The position numbers and the translations under genes were made by a program. A DNA stretch of 61,390 bases from Candidatus Nomurabacteria bacterium (GTDB lineage: Bacteria > Patescibacteriota > Minisyncoccia > Phycocordibacterales > UBA9973): NCBI GenBank assembly GCA_943359475.1, contig CALRHK010000002.1:1-61390 (forward strand), in the 5' to 3' direction. The notes beneath the pieces were generated by a model that was given only the letters and a program-made list of their open reading frames with translations, did no database searches and had not been told where the DNA came from. This document shows, one piece after another, positions 55,870 to 61,390 of the stretch; the stretch's first letter is position 1; each line of letters starts with the position of its first letter.

Positions 55870-57228
55870 ATGAAAAAAAATCTCAAATTGCTGATATTTA
55901 TAGCGCTCGTCTTTATTGTTAGCGGAGTGTCTTACACAATTGCCAGAGAAATCAAAAAGAAAAATAGTGTTATTAGTCAGACAACCATAAATGACGCGGT
56001 AAAGGATCAAGTAAAAGATAGTACTACAGCTGTGACAGAAGAAGAGGGCGACAATACCTCAGGTACTATATATGTATGGGGGAATAATGATGTTGGACAG
56101 ATTGGATTATTGAGTTCACCAAAAACAAAACCAGAGAAGCTTACAGTAGTTGATGATGTGCAAACACTTGTATCAGGTGAGATGCATAGCGCGTATCTTT
56201 CACAGAAAGGTGTCCTCTATACTTGGGGGAGTAACGAACTTCATCAGCTTGCTCGCCCAGAGAGCGAGGTGTATAACATTCCAGGTCCAGTTAAAAATCT
56301 TCCAAAAATCAAAACAGTATCTACCTCATACCGACACATGCTTGCACTTGCAGAAAACGGTACAGTCTATGCGTGGGGTTCAAACTATACTGGGCAGATT
56401 GGAGATGGTACCAATACTACCGCACGCGAAATCTTTAAAGTACCAAATCTTCCTTCAATTGTTGGTATAGCAGCAGGGTATAAGTTTTCAATGGCACTTG
56501 CAAAAGACGGTACTGTTTATGTATGGGGTGCAACCTGTGCATCATATGGTGAGCGCATGCTTCAAAACCTTTCAAATGATTTAAAGCAGAGCGCAAGTGG
56601 TTATTATGATCCAATTATTTCACCTCGAGTACAAGCAACCCTTGAAGAGGATTGCAAAAATGAAGATGTCGTTGGTATTCAAAGTAGAATACCCAAAAAA
56701 CTTGCCGATATTAATGAAGCGATACAAGTGGTAGCTGGGTATGGTCATGGTTTGATTCTAAAGAAAGATGGAACTGTATGGTCATTTGGGTGTAATTTAT
56801 ATGGGCAGCTTGGAAATAGAGGTACACAAAATTCTCCAAAAAATTCATTGGTATTACAAGTTCCTGATTTAGAAAATATTCAGATGGTTGCAGCAGGTTT
56901 CCGTCACTCACTCGCATTATCAAAAGATGGCACAGTCTATATGTGGGGAGGATCAATTGCACGAGATGCAGGAGATGATGTTCGCGTATTTCCAAACAGA
57001 GCACTAGTAAAAGTAACGGGGTTACCAAAGATAAAGAAAATTGTTGGTGGTAAAGATTATTCGTTGGCAATTGCTGACGATGGACGACTCTTTGGTTGGG
57101 GGAATAATGCGTACCATATCCTCTCTCCTTCAAATACAACCACATTTACTACTCCAATTGAAATTAAATTACCATTTAAGGTGAGAGAGGTTGGTGCGGG
57201 GGCAGACTTTATTGTTGCCTCTGAATAA
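55870..57228 (+). CDS. Membrane-anchored RCC1-repeat (7-bladed beta-propeller) protein
   Basis: Seven repeats of the RCC1 type: YVWGNNDVGQIG, YTWGSNELHQLA, YAWGSNYTGQIGDG, YVWGATC, WSFGCNLYGQLGNRG, YMWGG, FGWGNNAYHIL. Start trimmed to ATG 55870, after the terminator. Confidence 0.8.
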   Translation: MKKNLKLLIFIALVFIVSGVSYTIAREIKKKNSVISQTTINDAVKDQVKDSTTAVTEEEGDNTSGTIYVWGNNDVGQIGLLSSPKTKPEKLTVVDDVQTLVSGEMHSAYLSQKGVLYTWGSNELHQLARPESEVYNIPGPVKNLPKIKTVSTSYRHMLALAENGTVYAWGSNYTGQIGDGTNTTAREIFKVPNLPSIVGIAAGYKFSMALAKDGTVYVWGATCASYGERMLQNLSNDLKQSASGYYDPIISPRVQATLEEDCKNEDVVGIQSRIPKKLADINEAIQVVAGYGHGLILKKDGTVWSFGCNLYGQLGNRGTQNSPKNSLVLQVPDLENIQMVAAGFRHSLALSKDGTVYMWGGSIARDAGDDVRVFPNRALVKVTGLPKIKKIVGGKDYSLAIADDGRLFGWGNNAYHILSPSNTTTFTTPIEIKLPFKVREVGAGADFIVASE

Positions 57229-57229
57229 A

Positions 57230-58429
57230 ATGAAAAAATTTATTACGCGAACAATTATTATAGTTTCGGTTGTAAGTCTATTAACGGATATTGCCAGTGA
57301 AATGCTGTATCCTGTTATGCCATTGTATTTACGCTCAATTGGTTACGGCGTACTCGCGATTGGACTCATTGAAGGGATTGCTGAACTCGTTGCTGGTATT
57401 AACAAGGTTTTTTTCGCACGGCTTTCAGATGCATCAGGAAAAAGAAAAATATTTATTATTATTGGCTACAGTATTTCTGCAATTACAAAGCCAGCAATTG
57501 GTTTAACGCAGTCAGTGTACGCAATACTTACCGCAAAACTATTTGATCGCTTTGGGAAGGGGATCCGTACCGCTCCACGCGATGCGCTCTTGGTACAAGA
57601 ATCAACACCAGAAAATCGTGGTAAAGTCTTTGGTTTTCATCGTAGTATTGATACGTTAGGCGCAGTAATTGGTCCAATTATTGGCCTTTGTTTACTTTTT
57701 GCTTACCCAGGACATTACAGACTTGTTTTCCTCGTCTCATTTTTCCCAGGAGTACTCGCAATTCTCGCGACGCTCTATCTTCCGAAAGAAAAGAAGGCGG
57801 AAAATAGTGAAGATAACAAGAAGCCAGTTGCACGACAAACAATAAAAGGACTTTTTGCATTTTGGGGACAAAGTTCACCAGAGTATAAAAAACTTTTCTT
57901 AGGTTTTACTCTTTTTTCTTTAGTAAATAGTTCGAATATGTTTTTACTTTTACGTGCGAGCCAACTTGGTTTTACTGATATGGTAGTACTTGCAGTGTAT
58001 CTTGTCTTTAATATTGTGTATGCACTAACCTCGTACCCACTTGGTCGTGCATCAGACAAAATAGGTTTTCAGCCAATCTATATTCTTGGACTTCTAGCAT
58101 TTGTTATTACCTACGCTGCACTTGGTTTTGGACCGCACTCTTTGCCAGTACTTGTCGGGCTTTTTGCACTCTATGGAGTTTTTGCAGCAACCGAGGATGG
58201 AATTGCAAAGGCGTGGCTCTCGCTTCATATACCAAAAGAATACAAAGCAACAGGACTTGGTCTCTTTATGATGGCAAGCTCATTTGGGTTTCTTGTAGCG
58301 TCCACAATGACTGCACTCATGTGGGATAGACTTGGCTCTCCGCTAGTTCTTTCTGCGATTGCACTGGTTGCAGTACTCCTCTGTGTATACTTTGCAATTA
58401 TTAAAGTACCCACAAAACAGACTCTATAA
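57230..58429 (+). CDS. MFS transporter
   Basis: About 12 TMs, with an MFS loop motif GRLSDxxGRR-like (ARLSDASGKRK). The ATG is 1 nt after the RCC1 gene stop. Confidence 0.75.
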   Translation: MKKFITRTIIIVSVVSLLTDIASEMLYPVMPLYLRSIGYGVLAIGLIEGIAELVAGINKVFFARLSDASGKRKIFIIIGYSISAITKPAIGLTQSVYAILTAKLFDRFGKGIRTAPRDALLVQESTPENRGKVFGFHRSIDTLGAVIGPIIGLCLLFAYPGHYRLVFLVSFFPGVLAILATLYLPKEKKAENSEDNKKPVARQTIKGLFAFWGQSSPEYKKLFLGFTLFSLVNSSNMFLLLRASQLGFTDMVVLAVYLVFNIVYALTSYPLGRASDKIGFQPIYILGLLAFVITYAALGFGPHSLPVLVGLFALYGVFAATEDGIAKAWLSLHIPKEYKATGLGLFMMASSFGFLVASTMTALMWDRLGSPLVLSAIALVAVLLCVYFAIIKVPTKQTL

Positions 58430-58502
58430 GTGGGGATAAGTCACGGAAAAGCCTTTAAAAATAGGCGTTCTTTTTGGCTTGAGGGTGGATGGGTGGTGAA
58501 TA

Positions 58503-58531
58503 TTGACATATACACATATATATGCTATACT
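58503..58531 (+). promoter_or_regulatory. Consensus sigma70-type promoter (TTGACA - 17 nt - TATACT)
   Basis: TTGACA at 58503-58508, a 17-nt spacer, TATACT at 58526-58531. It lies about 50 nt upstream of the lipoprotein gene ATG. Confidence 0.55.
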
Positions 58532-58580
58532 CTAATCAAGAAATCAAATAGAGTTCTCACCAACTAAATAATCTCAGCAA

Positions 58581-59105
58581 ATGAAAAAAATCCTGTTTAT
58601 TCTTGCGGTAAGCACCGCTATTGCGATGACTTCGTGCACAAAAGACGATGTCACACCCGTGAATTCAACAGTAACTGCGTTGCAGGCAACTGCACCAGAT
58701 GATCTTGACGCACTCTTTGCAGAATCAGACGCCATTGCAAATCGTTGTCGTCCCTGTGAAGCAGCGTCCGGCATGGAGGTCACCACCTACGGACAAAATA
58801 TGGTGGTTCCGACTATGTATTCAATCATCATCGGCGGCTCAGTGTTAAACCCGCCACTCAATGCAGTGATTGATATGGAATATCGTGTGAGTACTGATCT
58901 GCGCAACTGGTCACAGTCAACGCTTGTCTATGCACGTACAGTAACTGCCGCAGACACCGGAGCAACATCTATGGTTGGATTCTCACATCAGATTGTATAT
59001 TTACAGCCTGGTGAATGGGTAGTCTACCGCCCCGTAATTTATGTAGGGGGATGCGACAGACCAATATTCGGTGTACCACAACTGGTACACACATTGCGTC
59101 AGTAA
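58581..59105 (+). CDS. Putative lipoprotein, unknown function
   Basis: Signal peptide MKKILFILAVSTAIAMTS|C with a lipobox-like Cys. The gene is followed by a strong terminator. Confidence 0.55.
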   Translation: MKKILFILAVSTAIAMTSCTKDDVTPVNSTVTALQATAPDDLDALFAESDAIANRCRPCEAASGMEVTTYGQNMVVPTMYSIIIGGSVLNPPLNAVIDMEYRVSTDLRNWSQSTLVYARTVTAADTGATSMVGFSHQIVYLQPGEWVVYRPVIYVGGCDRPIFGVPQLVHTLRQ

Positions 59106-59138
59106 GCATCAGTAAAAATTTTTTCATTTACGAATTCA

Positions 59139-59172
59139 AAGACCTGTGGAATATTCCACAGGTCTTTTTTAT
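59139..59172 (+). terminator. Intrinsic terminator
   Basis: 10-bp stem GACCTGTGGA / TCCACAGGTC, loop ATAT, T6 run. Confidence 0.8.
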
Positions 59173-59249
59173 TTTTAAGGATACAATAGAAGTATCGAAG
59201 ACAAGCGCATTGCGCGAGTATTACTAGTTTATTTTTTTGAATTTTAATT

Positions 59250-61390
59250 ATGAAAAACAGGATGGGGATTTTTATTCTTCTCCTCGGCGCACTTGCGGTG
59301 ATATTGCTCTTGGCAAAATCGGCGAGTGTTCCTTTTGATGAAGATAGTCAGTTGGCGGCTGGTTCGTATGGACCAGTAATTACAAATGTTGTTGTTTCAA
59401 ATGTTACCTCAAATTCTGCGGTACTCACATGGACTACTGACATCATCTCAACAAGTCAGGTAAAGGTGAAGAAGAGTGGCACGAGTAACTGGGTCGCAGG
59501 TACCCGCCTCGACACTCCTGCACAAACTGCCGGCGTAACAGCACACTCGGTGACAGTGACAGGATTGCTTGCAAATACAAAGTACTACTATCGAGTACTT
59601 TCGTGTGATATTTCAAACAATTGTAAGTACAAACCAAGTCCTTCGACTCTTTCATTTACTACGCTCCCAACACAAACGATAGATGTCTGTCCAAATATCA
59701 CTGGTAGTCAGGCTACTGTTCCAACAGGAATGTATATCGATATCTCTGGCAACTGTGTTGCTATTACCACTACTGATGTTACTCCACCATCAGTACCAAC
59801 CGGTCTTACTGCTACCAATGTAAGTGCTACAGGCTTCACGCTTACATGGTCACCTTCAACTGACGATACACTCACTGCATCACAAATTCATTATGATGTG
59901 TATGGTCCAACAAGTGCATGTAATGTAAATGGCTCAGCTGGATATTGTGGCGGAACAATTGGTACAACATCAATGACGTTTACCAATCTAACTGCAAATA
60001 CAACGTATACAGGATCGAGCGGAGTTAATGCTGGTTTCCTTGTACAGGCATATGATACTGCAGGGCACTACTCAGCTGGCTCATCACGACTCAGTGTAAC
60101 GACTTCAACTACCTCAGGCGGGGACACAACTCCACCAAGCATGAGTAATGTGTATTCTTCAGGAATTACAAGTACACAAGTGACAATAAATTGGACGACC
60201 AATGAACCATCAAATAGCGTAGTTAATTATGGTACAAGCATGGCGTACGGGACGCTTGCTACAAACAATACGATGGTGACTACACATGCAGTAACGATTA
60301 CTAATCTCACCCCAGGTACTACCTATATGTATGAAGTCCGTTCAACTGATGCTGCTGGTAATACTGGGGCGACAGGTGAAAACGCATTTACTACGACAGC
60401 TGCTTCTGATACTACGGCACCAACTATCTCAGGAGTAACTAGTTCAAATGTGACAACATCAGGTGCAACTATTAGTTGGACAACCAACGAGGCGTCAACA
60501 AGCCAAATCGTATATGGAACTACAAGTGGTTCATATCCAAATACGTGGCCTGCATCACCTGACGCAAATATGGTGACTGCACACTCGTTACAACTTTCAG
60601 GTCTTAACTCTGCAACACGGTACTACTTTAAAGTTAAATCAACAGACGCTGCAGGAAATCTTGCAACATCAAGTGAAAGTAGTGTACTTACGAACTCTTC
60701 TACAGCCTGTGGTAACACCACGTCTGATCCATATGGCACGAAGGGAATGTGGATTTGGAGTAATGTCTCTGGAATTATTACCCCAAACTCAACTGCACAA
60801 ACTGATTTGTTTAACTTTGCGAACTCACATGCGATCAGTAGACTCTACCTCTACACTTCAAGCGGTACACTTTCGGGCAGTGTTTCAAATATCAAAGATT
60901 TCTTGAATAAAGCACAAGCGCGTTGTATCGAAGTGTGGGCGATGGATGGTGCTCCGAGCTGGATTGCTGTACCAAATTCAACGATCTTCCGAACAGGTAA
61001 TACAACAAATGCAGCTGTTACATTTGCAAACACAGTTAAAAATATTAACGCAAGTATTACGGGAACCAATGCAAAATTTGCAGGCGCATCATTTGATGTT
61101 GAGCCACACGGACTCAAGAGTGCTTCATATCCTGGCTATGCGATCTACTGGAATGATGCGGATGCAGTTAGTATCCAAAAACTTAACTCTGCTTTTATTG
61201 AAATGATTGATAAGGTAAAAGCTGCGCTTACAGGAAGCGGTGTTCCATTTGATGTTACGATTGCACGTTGGGATGATTCACGAAGCGAAATTAATGCAGC
61301 GAACAATCGTATTTATACTTGTACTACTTCGGTGAATGATTGTACGTATACCTCGCCTGGTATTTCAATTGCAGAGATGGTATTCAATCG
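59250..61390 (+). CDS. Third giant FN3-rich surface protein (5' part only, runs off the window end); paralog of 17116-20367 and 51469-55800
   Basis: Not in the supplied ORF track because no stop is reached. My own translation from ATG 59250 is open to 61390 (713 codons). It reads MKNRMGIFILLLGALAVILLLA (TM), then FN3 units (VLTWTTD...TKYYYRVLSC; FTLTWSPSTDD; VTINWTTNEPSNSVVNYG; ATISWTTNEASTSQIVYG), then a KGMWIWSN...RLYLYTS...VWAMDG region. Confidence 0.8.
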   Translation, partial: MKNRMGIFILLLGALAVILLLAKSASVPFDEDSQLAAGSYGPVITNVVVSNVTSNSAVLTWTTDIISTSQVKVKKSGTSNWVAGTRLDTPAQTAGVTAHSVTVTGLLANTKYYYRVLSCDISNNCKYKPSPSTLSFTTLPTQTIDVCPNITGSQATVPTGMYIDISGNCVAITTTDVTPPSVPTGLTATNVSATGFTLTWSPSTDDTLTASQIHYDVYGPTSACNVNGSAGYCGGTIGTTSMTFTNLTANTTYTGSSGVNAGFLVQAYDTAGHYSAGSSRLSVTTSTTSGGDTTPPSMSNVYSSGITSTQVTINWTTNEPSNSVVNYGTSMAYGTLATNNTMVTTHAVTITNLTPGTTYMYEVRSTDAAGNTGATGENAFTTTAASDTTAPTISGVTSSNVTTSGATISWTTNEASTSQIVYGTTSGSYPNTWPASPDANMVTAHSLQLSGLNSATRYYFKVKSTDAAGNLATSSESSVLTNSSTACGNTTSDPYGTKGMWIWSNVSGIITPNSTAQTDLFNFANSHAISRLYLYTSSGTLSGSVSNIKDFLNKAQARCIEVWAMDGAPSWIAVPNSTIFRTGNTTNAAVTFANTVKNINASITGTNAKFAGASFDVEPHGLKSASYPGYAIYWNDADAVSIQKLNSAFIEMIDKVKAALTGSGVPFDVTIARWDDSRSEINAANNRIYTCTTSVNDCTYTSPGISIAEMVFN

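Overview
Gene-dense, moderately AT-rich chromosomal segment, mostly + strand. Minus-strand blocks lie at 26-1172, 2719-3366, 30998-31459, 44587-46459 and 47171-51247. The gene content is most consistent with a Patescibacteria/CPR-like (Parcubacteria-type) bacterium; this is inference, since no rRNA or marker phylogeny is available. The supporting content is a secretin-less type IV pilus locus, several giant FN3/Ig-rich surface proteins, sparse housekeeping genes, small soluble two-component proteins and almost no Shine-Dalgarno sequences. The standard genetic code applies: an RF2 with SPF and GGQ motifs is present, and TGA ends several solid genes. Main blocks: (1) HK/RR pair, tRNA-Ser, SWIB protein and ComFC. 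(2) A contiguous type IV pilus locus at 3413-14990: pilM-N-O, FN3 anchor protein, pilB, receiver, pilT, pilC, pilin, pilD, four pilin-like genes. (3) ligA, a 1083-aa surface protein, gatCA, a short prfB, ftsEX and an ASCH protein. (4) tRNA-Gln followed by a partial copy of its 3' end and a run of small accessory-type membrane/detox genes. (5) Exported cytochrome b5-like and cupredoxin proteins, and PspC. (6) A HAS/NodC-like GT2 synthase with two CE4 deacetylases and lectin/CBM/FN3 proteins at 33034-41607. (7) A MutY-like glycosylase without Fe-S cysteines, HtrA, pseudouridine synthase, MFS, RNase J, an Opp-like SBP and SecG. (8) A 1443-aa surface protein, an RCC1 propeller, MFS, a lipoprotein, and a third paralogous giant surface-protein ORF (59250 to window end) that is absent from the supplied ORF track. 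No transposase, integrase, CRISPR array, reverse transcriptase or recognisable defence gene was seen. The most system-like candidates are the pilus locus with its FN3 anchor, the GlcNAc-polymer synthase/deacetylase cluster, and the three-member modular surface-protein family.
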